Positions 26,930 to 36,652 of a stretch of DNA of 64,000 nt are shown here, one piece after another (the stretch's first letter is position 1; each line of letters starts with the position of its first letter). The notes under the pieces were generated by a model that was not told the origin of the DNA, did not search any database, and saw only the letters and a program-made list of their open reading frames with translations. The DNA lies in assembly GCA_016712025.1 (NCBI GenBank), contig JADJRW010000024.1:29753-93752 (forward strand). Reading direction: 5' to 3'. Position numbers and translations under genes: made by a program. This DNA comes from Flavobacteriales bacterium. Lineage in GTDB: Bacteria; Bacteroidota; Bacteroidia; Flavobacteriales_F; PHOS-HE28.

Positions 26930-28844
26930 CGAGCGGGCCGATGCCACAGCGGATACCGCTGCGCGGATCACCGTGCTGGAAGAGGGGCTTGACGCCATGC
27001 CCCGCGAAGGCGCCGCGCACTGTGAACGCGAACTGCTGGTGGAATTGGCCGAGCTGCATGCAGGCACAGGCCGCACCGAAAGGCTGATCAGCGTATGCGA
27101 AGCCGCCATCCGGCCGGGTATGGGGCTGGATGCCGAACAGACCGCCCGTTTGAAAATGAAACTGGCACGGGCCTATTTCCAGGCAGGCCTGCCCCGTTCG
27201 TTCGATCTGGCCAAGGATGTGTTCCTCTACCTGGAGGAGATGAACGTGCGCAGCGACCGCATGCTGGAGGCCACGGACCTGCTGGTGAACACCTACGACC
27301 TGACCGGGGAGCTCACCGAGTGCCGCAAATTGTTGAGCGAGGCGCTGAAGAAGGCCGAAGCGGAAAGGGACATTCGTTGGACCACCGATCTGCTCGATCG
27401 TCTAGGCGTCTTGGCGGTGAAGCAGGGCGACGGCAAAGCGGCGGTGGCCTTGCACGAACGCTCGTTGACGGAACTCGCGCGCTTCTTTCGGAACGGTGCG
27501 GTGCGCGATACGCTGGTGCGCCATGTGCAACAGCGGCAGCGCCAGGCGAGCAATGGTCTCACCACGAGCACCGACACGCTCACGGAACTGCTCACCGAAC
27601 GGCAGTATCTGGTCATGCGCCACCGCGCGCTGAAGCTCTTGGGTGATGCGCAACGCGCCTCCCATGCGGACGAGCGCGCTGCGCGGGCTTACCTCGAAGC
27701 ATCGGCCATGGCGGCCACCGCGCACATCCCGGAACTGGTGCCGTCCTTCACCGAATTGGGGGAGATACGCGTCGCGCAGGGCGATCCCCGAGAAGCCGCG
27801 CGCCTCGGCGAACAAGGCCATGCGGATGCATTGCAACGCCGTGATATGGTCCGCGCGCAACGCGCCGCAAAACTGCTCTACCAAGCGTACAAAGCACAGG
27901 GCGATGCGGTGAAGGCGCTGCACATGTTCGAACTCCAGGGCCAGTATTCCGATTCCCTGAACAACGAAAGTTTTCGCATGGGCCTCCTAAAGAACCAGGT
28001 GACCTACGAGGTGCGCGATGACAGTTTGCGTATGTCGCTCGCCATCGTCGAAGGGCAACGCGACACCGCCTTCGCGCGGGCCGAAGCCCGCACCAATCGC
28101 AACCGGGCGCTTATGGTGGGTGGTGTGGCCGTGTTGCTCCTCATCGGCGGTGGGCTTTGGTGGCGCACCGATCGCAAACGCCGCAAGGAGCGCTTCGAGA
28201 AGGATGCTGCCCGCCTGGAGACCCAAGCTCTCCGTAGCCAGATGAACCCCCACTTCATCTTCAACGCGCTGAACTCGATCAATGCCTATGTTCAGAAGAA
28301 CGACCAGGACAGCGCCAGCAGCTACCTCACGAAGTTCGCGCGGGTGATGCGCAGCGTACTGGAGAACAGCCGCCATGCGGAAGTGCCGCTGGTGCAGGAC
28401 TTGGAAACGCTGCGCGGCTACATGGACCTCGAGCGCAAGCGCATGCAGGACAAGTTCGATTTCACCATCACGGTGGACGATGCGCTGGATCCCGAGGAGG
28501 TGATGGTGCCACCACTGGTAGTACAGCCCTTTGTGGAGAACGCCATCTGGCACGGCATGGCCGGCAAGGAGGGCAAAGGCCACATCAGCTTGCGGGTCGA
28601 GCAACAGGGCAAGCAACTGCTTTGGATCATCGAGGACGATGGAGTGGGGCGGCAGGCGAAGAAGGAACCGGTAGCACAGCCGGTGGAAGGGGCCACGAAG
28701 AAAACCAGCCTTGGTACAGCGATCACCCGAAGTCGCTTGGACCTGGTGCAGAAACAATACGGCGGCAAAGCCGGCTTCCGCTACGTGGATCGACCGATCG
28801 GCACGCGCGTGGAAGTGGACATGCCCATGCATTTGCAACATTGA
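26829..28844 (+). CDS. TPR-type sensor + single TM + LytS/YehU-type histidine kinase (His_kinase + HATPase_c)
   Basis: About 440-aa helical-repeat sensor, then TM ALMVGGVAVLLLIGGGLWW followed by RTDRKRRKERFEK. LRSQMNPHFIFNALNSINAYV is the signature of LytS-type kinases. VQPFVENAIWHG and IIEDDGVG form the ATPase. No upstream in-frame extension is possible because of TGA at 26769-26771. Confidence 0.85.
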   Translation: MGLFGCGTDDATSDEAASAAALPAACATLVRETIERADATADTAARITVLEEGLDAMPREGAAHCERELLVELAELHAGTGRTERLISVCEAAIRPGMGLDAEQTARLKMKLARAYFQAGLPRSFDLAKDVFLYLEEMNVRSDRMLEATDLLVNTYDLTGELTECRKLLSEALKKAEAERDIRWTTDLLDRLGVLAVKQGDGKAAVALHERSLTELARFFRNGAVRDTLVRHVQQRQRQASNGLTTSTDTLTELLTERQYLVMRHRALKLLGDAQRASHADERAARAYLEASAMAATAHIPELVPSFTELGEIRVAQGDPREAARLGEQGHADALQRRDMVRAQRAAKLLYQAYKAQGDAVKALHMFELQGQYSDSLNNESFRMGLLKNQVTYEVRDDSLRMSLAIVEGQRDTAFARAEARTNRNRALMVGGVAVLLLIGGGLWWRTDRKRRKERFEKDAARLETQALRSQMNPHFIFNALNSINAYVQKNDQDSASSYLTKFARVMRSVLENSRHAEVPLVQDLETLRGYMDLERKRMQDKFDFTITVDDALDPEEVMVPPLVVQPFVENAIWHGMAGKEGKGHISLRVEQQGKQLLWIIEDDGVGRQAKKEPVAQPVEGATKKTSLGTAITRSRLDLVQKQYGGKAGFRYVDRPIGTRVEVDMPMHLQH

Positions 28845-28849
28845 TACCG

Positions 28850-31800
28850 ATGCGCCCCATCCCTTTCATCCTTCTTTTTTGTTCCGCTCTGCTCATAGGT
28901 TGCGGTGAGGACCAGGCATCTGGAAGATCGGACGAGGGTGACCAAAAAACCTCGAAATGCGCCAAGCGTGTGCGTGCGATCCTCGAGGAAGCCGACGCCA
29001 CAAGGGATACCACCGCGCGGATCGCCGTCTTGGAAGCCGGGCTCGCGACAATGCCTCGCAAGGGGAGTGCGCATTGTGAACGTGAACTGCTTGTGGAACT
29101 TGCTGAACTGCACGCGGGAACAGGTCGTACCGAGCGATTGATCAGTGTTTGCGAAGCGGCCATCCGACCGGAAATGGGCTTGGACCCGGAGCAGACGGCC
29201 CGGCTGAAAATGAAGTTGGCGCGCGCCTATTTCCAGGCCGGCCTGCCGCGATCGTTCGATCTGGCCAAAGATGTGTTCTTGTACCTGGAGGAGATGAACG
29301 TGCGCAGCGATCGCATGCTGGACGCCACCGAACTGCTGGTACACACCTACGAACTGACGGGCGAGTTGACGGAGTGCCGCACCTTGCTCACCGAGGCGCT
29401 GGCGAAAGCGGAGCAGGAGCGTGACATCCGCTGGACGTGTGACCTGCTTGACCGGCTGGGCACCTTGGCGGAGAAGCAAGGGGATGCGGCCGGTGGTGTA
29501 GCGTTGCACCAGCGTGCGCTGAGGGAGTTGGAGCGTTTCTTCCGGCATGGGGCGGTGCGCGACACGTTGGTGCGACGCGTGCAAGTGAGACAACGCGAGG
29601 GGAGCGCTGGGCGGACCACCAGCACCGACACGCTCACCGAACTGCTCACCGAACGACACTATCTGGTGATGCGGCACCGGGCGCTGCGTTCCCTGGGCGA
29701 TGGCTTCAGCGCGATGCACGTCTTGGACAGCGCCGCCGCCGCCTACACCGCAGCGCTATCCTTGGGCGCCACAGCGCACATCGCGGAGCTTCCCGCTCCC
29801 TACGCCGAGCTTGGTGAAGTGCGGCTCTTGCAAGGGAAGGCTTCAGAGTCGGTCCAGTTGGGAGAGCAAGCGCTGGCCATGGCGCGCGCGGCGCACGATG
29901 CTGCTCGTGCGAAGCGGGCTACCCAACTGCTCTACCGCGCCTACAAGGCCACGGGCCAGCCAGCCCAAGCCTTGCGCATGTTCGAACTCACGGGCCAGTA
30001 TTCGGATTCGCTCAATAACGAAAGCTTCAGGATGGGCCTGCTGAAGAACCAGGTGACGTACGAAGTGCGGGACGATAGTCTGCGCATGTCCTTGCAAGTG
30101 GCCGAAGGGCAGCGCGATGCGGCTGTGGCCCGCACCGAAGCCCGCACCAACCGCAACCGTGCGCTGCTTTTCGGCGGTGCCGCACTTCTACTGTTGCTCG
30201 GGGGTGCGGTCCTCCTGCTCGTAATGCGCGGTCGTCAGCGCAAGAAGGAATTGGTGCGGCAGCAAGAGATCAACGAGCGCCTTCAGCACATCGACAAACT
30301 GAAGGACCAGTTCCTGGCCAATACGAGCCACGAGCTCCGCACCCCGCTCAACGGCATCATCGGTCTGAGCGAATCGCTCTACGATGGCGTGGCCGGGGAG
30401 CCCACCGAAGCGATGCGCGAAGACCTTTCCATGATCATTTCCTCGGGCAAGCGCCTCTCGGGATTGATCAACGATATCCTGGACCTCTCCAAGCTGCGCG
30501 AGAAGGACATCGTCCTGGCCCGCAAACCGATCGATCTGCGCAGCGTGGTGGAAGTTGATCTGCGCATCACCGCACCGATGGTGGAAGGCAAGGAGATCCA
30601 ACTCATGAACGCGGTGGCCAGAGACCTGGTGCGTGTGGATGCGGACGAAGACCGGCTGCAGCAGATCCTGCTCAACCTGCTCGGCAACGCGATCAAATTC
30701 ACAGAGCGGGGCACCGTGACCGTTACTGCGCAAGAACGCGATGGCATGGTCGCGGTCTCCATCACCGATACCGGGATCGGTATACCGCAGGACAAGCTCC
30801 GGTCCATCTTCGTTGCCTTCGACCAGGCGGATGGAACCGCGCAGCGCCAGCACGGCGGAACCGGGCTTGGGCTTTCCATCACCAAGCAGCTCGTGGAACT
30901 GCACGGAGGCACCATTAACGTCGAAAGCGAGCTGGGCAAGGGCTCGGTATTCACCTTCACCTTACCTGCCACGCAGGCCGAAGCGGAGCCCATGCGGTTG
31001 AGCACCGCCTTGATGCGCGTTCGCAACGTGGCCGATACCGTCGCGCCGGTGCAAGTGGTGCACGCCCAAAAGGACGGCGCCTTCCACGTGCTCATCGTGG
31101 ACGATGAAGTGGTGAACCGCAAGGTGCTGGTGAACTATCTGGCCGATGCTCCCTTCGAGATCCATCAGGCTGCGAGCGGACCGGAGGCGCTCGCGCTTTT
31201 GGAGAAGACACCGCTGGATGTGGTGCTGCTCGATGTGATGATGCCGGGCATGAGCGGCTATGAGACCTGCCAACGTATCCGGGAGAAATACCTCAGCAGT
31301 GAACTTCCCGTGATCATGCTCACGGCCAAGGACCAGGTGAACGATCTGGTGGAAGGGTTCAACACCGGCGCGAACGACTACCTGATCAAACCAGTGAACC
31401 GCAATGAGCTGATGGCACGGCTCAAGACGCACTTGAATCTGCTCAAGATCAACAATTCTTACAGCCGCTTCGTACCTCGCGATTTCCTGCGCTCCCTCGG
31501 CAAGGAGAACATCATCGATGTGAAGCTCGGCGACCAGATCAAGGACGACATCACCGTTATGTTCAGTGATATCCGTGGGTACACCACCCTGAGCGAATCC
31601 ATGACGGTCGATGAGAATTTCCGCTTCCTCAACGCCTTCATGGGGCATGTGGGACCTGTGATCCAGAAGCACCACGGCTTCGTGAACCAGTTCCTCGGCG
31701 ATGGCCTGATGACCCTGTTCCAGCGCCACCCGGAGGATTGCCTACGCGGCTCGTTGGAGATGCATGCCACCGTAGCGGAATACAACAAGAGCCGCGCGGC

Positions 31801-32317
31801 TCGGGGACGACTTCCCGTGCGTATCGGCATCGGCATGCACTACGGTTCGCTCATGATGGGCATCATCGGCGATGAGAAGCGCATGGACGCCGGGGTGGTG
31901 AGCGACACGGTGAACACCGCCGCGCGCGTCGAAGGGCTCACCAAGTATTACGGCGCTTCGATCCTGTTGAGCCAGGCCACCGTGGAACGCATAGGCGATA
32001 TCTCGGGCTACCAACATCGTTTCCTCGGGCGTGTGCTGATGAAGGGCAAGATGAAGCCGATGGCTATCTATGAGTTCTACGGCGGCGACCCGCAGCCCAC
32101 CATCGATCGTCGTGAGCGCACCGCGAAAGAATTCGCCGCCGGTCTCGCGGCCTATTACGAACGGCGGTTCGCAGAAGCGGCCAAACACTTCAGCAAGGTC
32201 ATCGACCTCGATCCGGAGGACCTCGCCGCCCAGCTCTACACGGGCAACTGCACTCGCTATATCGTGCATGGCGTGCCCGAGGAGTGGACCGGTGTGGAGG
32301 AGATGATCGGCAAGTAG
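28850..32317 (+). CDS. Hybrid TPR-sensor histidine kinase - receiver - class III nucleotidyl cyclase
   Basis: Lipoprotein-like signal MRPIPFILLFCSALLIGCG. TPR sensor paralogous to 26829..28844. TM ALLFGGAALLLLLGGAVLLLV. HisKA FLANTSHELRTPLNGIIGLSE. HATPase GTGLGLSITKQLVELHGGTINVESELGKGSVFTFTLP. REC VLIVDDEVVNRKVL...VVLLDVMMPGMSGYE...DYLIKP. Cyclase VMFSDIRGYTTLSE, FLGDGLMTLF and VVSDTVNTAARVEG. TAG stop at 32315-32317. Confidence 0.9.
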   Translation: MRPIPFILLFCSALLIGCGEDQASGRSDEGDQKTSKCAKRVRAILEEADATRDTTARIAVLEAGLATMPRKGSAHCERELLVELAELHAGTGRTERLISVCEAAIRPEMGLDPEQTARLKMKLARAYFQAGLPRSFDLAKDVFLYLEEMNVRSDRMLDATELLVHTYELTGELTECRTLLTEALAKAEQERDIRWTCDLLDRLGTLAEKQGDAAGGVALHQRALRELERFFRHGAVRDTLVRRVQVRQREGSAGRTTSTDTLTELLTERHYLVMRHRALRSLGDGFSAMHVLDSAAAAYTAALSLGATAHIAELPAPYAELGEVRLLQGKASESVQLGEQALAMARAAHDAARAKRATQLLYRAYKATGQPAQALRMFELTGQYSDSLNNESFRMGLLKNQVTYEVRDDSLRMSLQVAEGQRDAAVARTEARTNRNRALLFGGAALLLLLGGAVLLLVMRGRQRKKELVRQQEINERLQHIDKLKDQFLANTSHELRTPLNGIIGLSESLYDGVAGEPTEAMREDLSMIISSGKRLSGLINDILDLSKLREKDIVLARKPIDLRSVVEVDLRITAPMVEGKEIQLMNAVARDLVRVDADEDRLQQILLNLLGNAIKFTERGTVTVTAQERDGMVAVSITDTGIGIPQDKLRSIFVAFDQADGTAQRQHGGTGLGLSITKQLVELHGGTINVESELGKGSVFTFTLPATQAEAEPMRLSTALMRVRNVADTVAPVQVVHAQKDGAFHVLIVDDEVVNRKVLVNYLADAPFEIHQAASGPEALALLEKTPLDVVLLDVMMPGMSGYETCQRIREKYLSSELPVIMLTAKDQVNDLVEGFNTGANDYLIKPVNRNELMARLKTHLNLLKINNSYSRFVPRDFLRSLGKENIIDVKLGDQIKDDITVMFSDIRGYTTLSESMTVDENFRFLNAFMGHVGPVIQKHHGFVNQFLGDGLMTLFQRHPEDCLRGSLEMHATVAEYNKSRAARGRLPVRIGIGMHYGSLMMGIIGDEKRMDAGVVSDTVNTAARVEGLTKYYGASILLSQATVERIGDISGYQHRFLGRVLMKGKMKPMAIYEFYGGDPQPTIDRRERTAKEFAAGLAAYYERRFAEAAKHFSKVIDLDPEDLAAQLYTGNCTRYIVHGVPEEWTGVEEMIGK

Positions 32318-32358
32318 ACGCGGTTCTTCGCCATCCACCCTTACTACCGCGATCGCAG

Positions 32359-33789
32359 ATGCGTACCCGCCTTTTCCAACTCGCTGGACCATTGCTCGCC
32401 GCGCTGGTGGCTTGGGCCTGCTGGCATTTGGGCGCGTCGGCCGCGTGCATGGCAGGTATCGTGGCGTGGATGGCCCTGTGGTGGATCAGCGAAGCGGCCC
32501 CTTTGGCGATCACGTCGTTGTTACCGCTGGTGCTCTTTCCTCTGTGCGGTGTGCTGGGTACGGCGGAAACAGCGATCAACTATGGGCGCGATATCATCTT
32601 CCTTTTCCTAGGTGGATTTCTGCTCGCGCTAGGGATCGAGCGCAGTGGGCTGCATCGGCGTGTCGCGCTGATCATCGTGGGCCGCGTGGGGACATCGCCC
32701 GCGCGGTTGGTGCTGGGCATCATGCTCGCCAGTGGCCTGCTAAGTATGTGGATCAACAGCACGGCTTGTGTGCTGGTGATGCTACCTATCGCCCTGAGCC
32801 TGGTGGATGGATTGCGCACTGGCGAGCGCCAAGATCGGTTCGCCGTGGCGATGCTTCTCGCGGTGGCTTACGGCGCCACCATCGGTGGCGTCGCTACACC
32901 GGTGGGCACGCCACCGAACCTGGTGTTCATGGAACTGGCGAAGCAGTTGCTCCCGGACCGCCAAGTGATCGGTTTCGGACAGTGGATGGCGTTCGGTGTT
33001 CCGTTCGCGGCGATCTACATGCTCTTGGCGTGGGGCCTCCTTGTGCTGATGCACACCCGCCATCTACCAAGTGATCCGCATGGAGCGGCCGATGTGCGTG
33101 CCGAGTTGAAGGCGCTGGGTCGCATGCGTACCGCCGAGCATGTCGCCGCGTGCTTCTTCACCCTGGCCGCTGTGCTCTGGATCACCGGCGATGATCTGCC
33201 GATCAGCGATACGTTCACGCTACACGGATGGCGGTCGCTCACCGGGTGGAACGGTATCAGCGATGCGGGCGTGGCCATAGCGTGCGCGATGCCCTTGTTC
33301 TTGATCTCGGTCGGTGCATCGGGCGACAAGAAGCCACTGCTGGACTGGGATTTCGCGCAAGCGCGCGTGCCATGGGGCGTGCTCTTGCTCATCGGTTCCG
33401 GTTTCGCCCTGGCGAACGGCTTCGCAGCGAGCGGCTTGGACCAGGTGTTGGGGAGCGCGTTGGCGGGCTGGCATTTCGGTTCTTCGGCGATGCAGGTGGG
33501 GGTGCTTGGGCTCGGGGTGATACTCCTGAGCGAGTTGGGCAGCAACACCGCCGTGGCCAGTTTGGTGCTCCCGATCCTGGCGAGCACGGCGCCGGCATGG
33601 GGCCTGGATCCGGTGTCGATCATGATCCCCGCCACGGTCGCCGCCAGTTGTGGCTTCATGCTGCCCATCGCCAGCCCCATGCAGGCGATCGTCTTCGGGA
33701 CCGGGCGAATTCCCGTGGGCACCATGGTGAGGGCGGGTATATGGATGGACGTGATCGGGGTGGTGTTGCTCGTGCTCTTCTTCATGTGA
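32359..33789 (+). CDS. SLC13/DASS-family anion (sulfate/di-tricarboxylate):cation symporter
   Basis: 476-aa polytopic membrane protein. MALWWISEAAPLAITSLLPLVLFPLCGVL and SELGSNTAVASLVLPIL are hairpin-loop motifs typical of DASS permeases. ATG at 32359 chosen over the upstream GTG/ATG extension. Confidence 0.85.
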   Translation: MRTRLFQLAGPLLAALVAWACWHLGASAACMAGIVAWMALWWISEAAPLAITSLLPLVLFPLCGVLGTAETAINYGRDIIFLFLGGFLLALGIERSGLHRRVALIIVGRVGTSPARLVLGIMLASGLLSMWINSTACVLVMLPIALSLVDGLRTGERQDRFAVAMLLAVAYGATIGGVATPVGTPPNLVFMELAKQLLPDRQVIGFGQWMAFGVPFAAIYMLLAWGLLVLMHTRHLPSDPHGAADVRAELKALGRMRTAEHVAACFFTLAAVLWITGDDLPISDTFTLHGWRSLTGWNGISDAGVAIACAMPLFLISVGASGDKKPLLDWDFAQARVPWGVLLLIGSGFALANGFAASGLDQVLGSALAGWHFGSSAMQVGVLGLGVILLSELGSNTAVASLVLPILASTAPAWGLDPVSIMIPATVAASCGFMLPIASPMQAIVFGTGRIPVGTMVRAGIWMDVIGVVLLVLFFM

Positions 33790-33884
33790 GCCGATCGCCG
33801 CGTTAGGGATCCTGCCGACTTCTTGCGATCTTCAACGGCTCTTGCGCTGGGCGATAGTGCCCTGCGCCAACCAATGATCCTTGC

Positions 33885-34829
33885 ATGATGACACGCCTAC
33901 TCACGTTCACGCTGCTATTCACCTGCGTTGCGATCACCGCCCAAGGGCAGGTGGCTTTCTCCTACCCAACCGCCTTGCCGGAACAAGGCCAGCACTCCTT
34001 TGTTGAGCGGACCGCGGTTTGGACCGGTTATTCCGCCGCCCCGCCTTGGAACGTTACTGGACTCACGTTCAGCTTGCTCGGAGCGCGCGAATTGGTCTGG
34101 ACGCCCGCCGCTTCAACTCCCTTCGCTGCACAATTCCCACAGGCCACCGATTGTATACTCGATATCAACCAGTTCCCGCCATCCTACGACTATTACGAAG
34201 TGAGCTCCGCCGGTGTAGCGTATTGGGGCGCGGCTGACACCGGTCCGGTCGAAGTACTTACCGAACCCTTCACGTTCCGGGTTTTCCCTATGATGCTCTC
34301 TACCGGGTACAACGACACCTTCATTTTGGACGGAGATACCGTTTTCGCTGCGGTAAACCCGCTGGCCAAAGGAGATCTGCTTACACCCTTTGGCGACGTC
34401 GCCAGCGTTGGGGTCACGGAGGTGGTGGTGGACTTTGGACTGGGTGCCGAGTTCAGCTACTTGTTCTATCGGGAAGGGAACGCAATGATGCCCGTGGCGC
34501 AATACGATCCGGATGACCAAGCCATGATCCTTTATTCGCCAGGGAACATCAGCCCGCTCGCAGTGCCCGAGCAGGTGTTTCCGGCAGTGACCATGGGTCC
34601 GAATCCCGTGACGAACGACCTGTTAAAGTTGCGTTGGATCGGTGCGACCTCACCGGTGGACTTGTGCATTATTTCCGCAGAAGGTCGTTCGGTATTGCAA
34701 CGGCGGGTGTTGGCCTCGGCCGATGCTTTGGACGTGGACCTACATGGCCTTGCCCCCGGCACCTATGCCGTGCGGATCGAGCAGAAAGGGGCCCCTTTCT
34801 GGCAAGAGCGTTTTGTGCTGGTGCGTTGA
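33885..34829 (+). CDS. Hypothetical secreted protein with T9SS tail
   Basis: Signal MMTRLLTFTLLFTCVAITAQGQ. C-terminal VTMGPNPVTNDLLKLRW...GTYAVRIEQKG. Confidence 0.8.
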   Translation: MMTRLLTFTLLFTCVAITAQGQVAFSYPTALPEQGQHSFVERTAVWTGYSAAPPWNVTGLTFSLLGARELVWTPAASTPFAAQFPQATDCILDINQFPPSYDYYEVSSAGVAYWGAADTGPVEVLTEPFTFRVFPMMLSTGYNDTFILDGDTVFAAVNPLAKGDLLTPFGDVASVGVTEVVVDFGLGAEFSYLFYREGNAMMPVAQYDPDDQAMILYSPGNISPLAVPEQVFPAVTMGPNPVTNDLLKLRWIGATSPVDLCIISAEGRSVLQRRVLASADALDVDLHGLAPGTYAVRIEQKGAPFWQERFVLVR

Positions 34830-34862
34830 ACTTTCTTTTGACCCCGTCCCGGCTCTTCCATA

Positions 34863-34884
34863 AACGGTCGTACCGTTCTTTTCT
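34863..34884 (+). terminator. Weak hairpin + T-tract downstream of 33885..34829
   Basis: AACGGT-cgt-ACCGTT (6-bp stem, 3-nt loop) followed by CTTTTCT. Confidence 0.3.
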
Positions 34885-34908
34885 GGCTCAGAGGCGCTGC
34901 TCATTGGA

Positions 34909-35334
34909 TCACTGCCAATGATCCGGGTCCAACGGTGATATCTCCGGCGTCCTATCCAGTGCCTCCTCCCAGCGGATCAGTTCCATCATCCGTTCCTGAG
35001 TGATCCATCCCGTTGCCACGTTACGGTCCGGGCGAACCGCGCGATAACGCACCGTGCCCAGTTTGAAGTTCCAGGTGCGCTGCACGATGCGCATTGGTCC
35101 GTTCTTTCCGAGGTGTACCTCAGCACCTTCCTCAAAACGTGCGTACAGGGTGATCGCCTTGAGAAGATCGGCATGCGGCACATGGTAGTGGATGCGTAGC
35201 TCGCGATCCGCTGCGCGGGTGTGTAACGTATAGGTCCAGCCGTGCCGCGCATCCGCTCGGCCGCTTAGGATGGGTACGACTTGGCCTTCGTAAGGAACAA
35301 GGCCGTGTAACGGAAGGGGGGTCATGATCGCCAT
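34909..35334 (-). CDS. Hypothetical protein (141 aa)
   Basis: Internal ATG at 35334 (MAIMTPLPLHGLVPYEGQ...). The longer ORF up to 35535 would run into lysA. No motif recognised. Confidence 0.45.
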   Translation of the reverse strand: MAIMTPLPLHGLVPYEGQVVPILSGRADARHGWTYTLHTRAADRELRIHYHVPHADLLKAITLYARFEEGAEVHLGKNGPMRIVQRTWNFKLGTVRYRAVRPDRNVATGWITQERMMELIRWEEALDRTPEISPLDPDHWQ

Positions 35335-35418
35335 GGACCGACGCGGAAATCGTCGATCCGTCCGCCAAGAAGATAGCGCTCTCGGATCCGCAGCAGAACA
35401 CCGCGCTACTTTCAGCCC

Positions 35419-36652
35419 ATGGAGTTGAAAGAGGGCAAGTACTTGATCGGTGGTGTGCCCGCCGAAGATCTCGCCGCGATCGCCGGCACGCCCGTGTATG
35501 TGTATGATGCAAGCGTGATGGCTCGGCAGGTGCATCGCCTGCGTGCGGCCTACGCGCCGTTGCCCTTGCGGATCATGTACGCGTGCAAGGCCCTTCCGAA
35601 CCTAGCAGTGCTTCGCTGTATGAAGGAGCTCGGTTGCGGAATCGATGCAGTAAGCACTCAAGAAGTGGAGCTCGCTCTTCGCGCTGGCTTCGCGCCGCAG
35701 GACATCCTCTTCACCCCGAACATGGTCGCTTACGCGGAGTACCAGCGCGCCGTGGACTTGGGCGTGCACATCAACATCGATTCGCTGAGCGTGCTGGAGC
35801 ACTTCGGTCATGACTTCGGTGACACGCGTGCCGGTGTGCATCCGTTTCAATCCGCACATCATGGCCGGTGGTCATGAGCGCATCAGCACCGGTCATGTGG
35901 ATAGCAAGTTCGGGATCAGCATCCACCAGTTGCGTCATGTGCAGCGCGTGGTGGCCAGCACGGGCCTGCGTGTGAACGGCCTGCACATGCACACCGGCAG
36001 CGACATCCTCGATGCGGAGGTCTTCCTGCAGGGCGCCGAGATCATCCTAGAGATCGCGGAACAGTTCCCGCACCTCACCTTCCTCGATTTGGGCAGCGGC
36101 TACAAGGTGCCGTACAAGGAGGATGATATCGCCACCGACGTTGAGGAACTCGGGGCCCGGCTCAGTGCACGTATCGTACAGTTCAATGCAGGTCGCACCA
36201 CACCGATCGAGCTTTGGGCCGAGCCCGGCAAATTCCTCGTGAGCGAAGCGGGCACCTTGCTTGCGCGTGTCACACAGGTGAAGCAGACCACCGCCACCGT
36301 CTTCGTTGGCGTGGACACCGGGCTCAATCATCTCATCCGACCGATGTTCTACGGCAGCTACCACCACATCGTGAACGCAAGTGCGCCGGACGGGAAGCCG
36401 CGCATCTATACCGTGGCAGGCTACATCTGCGAAACGGACACCTTCGCGCAGGACCGCAAGCTCGCCGAGGTGCATGAGGGCGACCTGCTCGCCTTCCGCA
36501 ATGCAGGTGCCTATGGTCATAGCATGGCAAGCAACTACAACAGCCGCTTGCGTCCGCCGGAGATCCTGGTGAAGGATGGAAAGGCGCAGGTGATACGCAG
36601 GCGTGAGACGCTGGATGACTTGCTGGCCACGCAGATGGGGACTGGTGCATGA
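35419..36652 (+). pseudogene. lysA: Diaminopimelate decarboxylase, split by a +1 frame break near 35821-35830
   Basis: ORF 35419..35877 (…YACKALPNLAVL…GIDAVSTQEVELAL…NIDSLSVLEHFGHDFGDT) and ORF 35810..36652 (VPVCIRFNPHIMAGGHERISTGHVDSKFGI…HMHTGSDI…DLGSGYKVPY…EPGKFLV…GYICETDTF…GAYGHSMASNYN) together make a complete fold-III PLP decarboxylase. Confidence 0.9.

Noticed and set aside
26930-27109. N-terminal 60 aa of ORF 25271..27109 (MAASHTLISLSVRPVPACSS...).
   Set aside because: It is antisense to the conserved sensor region of kinase 26829..28844, which is under demonstrable purifying selection on the plus strand. The sequence is Ser/Ala-rich and low-complexity.
28622-28849. 5' extension of the hybrid kinase ORF (MDHRGRWSGAAGEEG...).
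   Set aside because: It overlaps the C-terminal ATPase region of the upstream kinase. The paralog-supported protein starts with the signal peptide at ATG 28850.
35335-35418. Possible lysine riboswitch upstream of lysA.
   Set aside because: The intergenic space is only about 85 nt, far shorter than an L-box aptamer plus expression platform. No conserved L-box helices were recognised.
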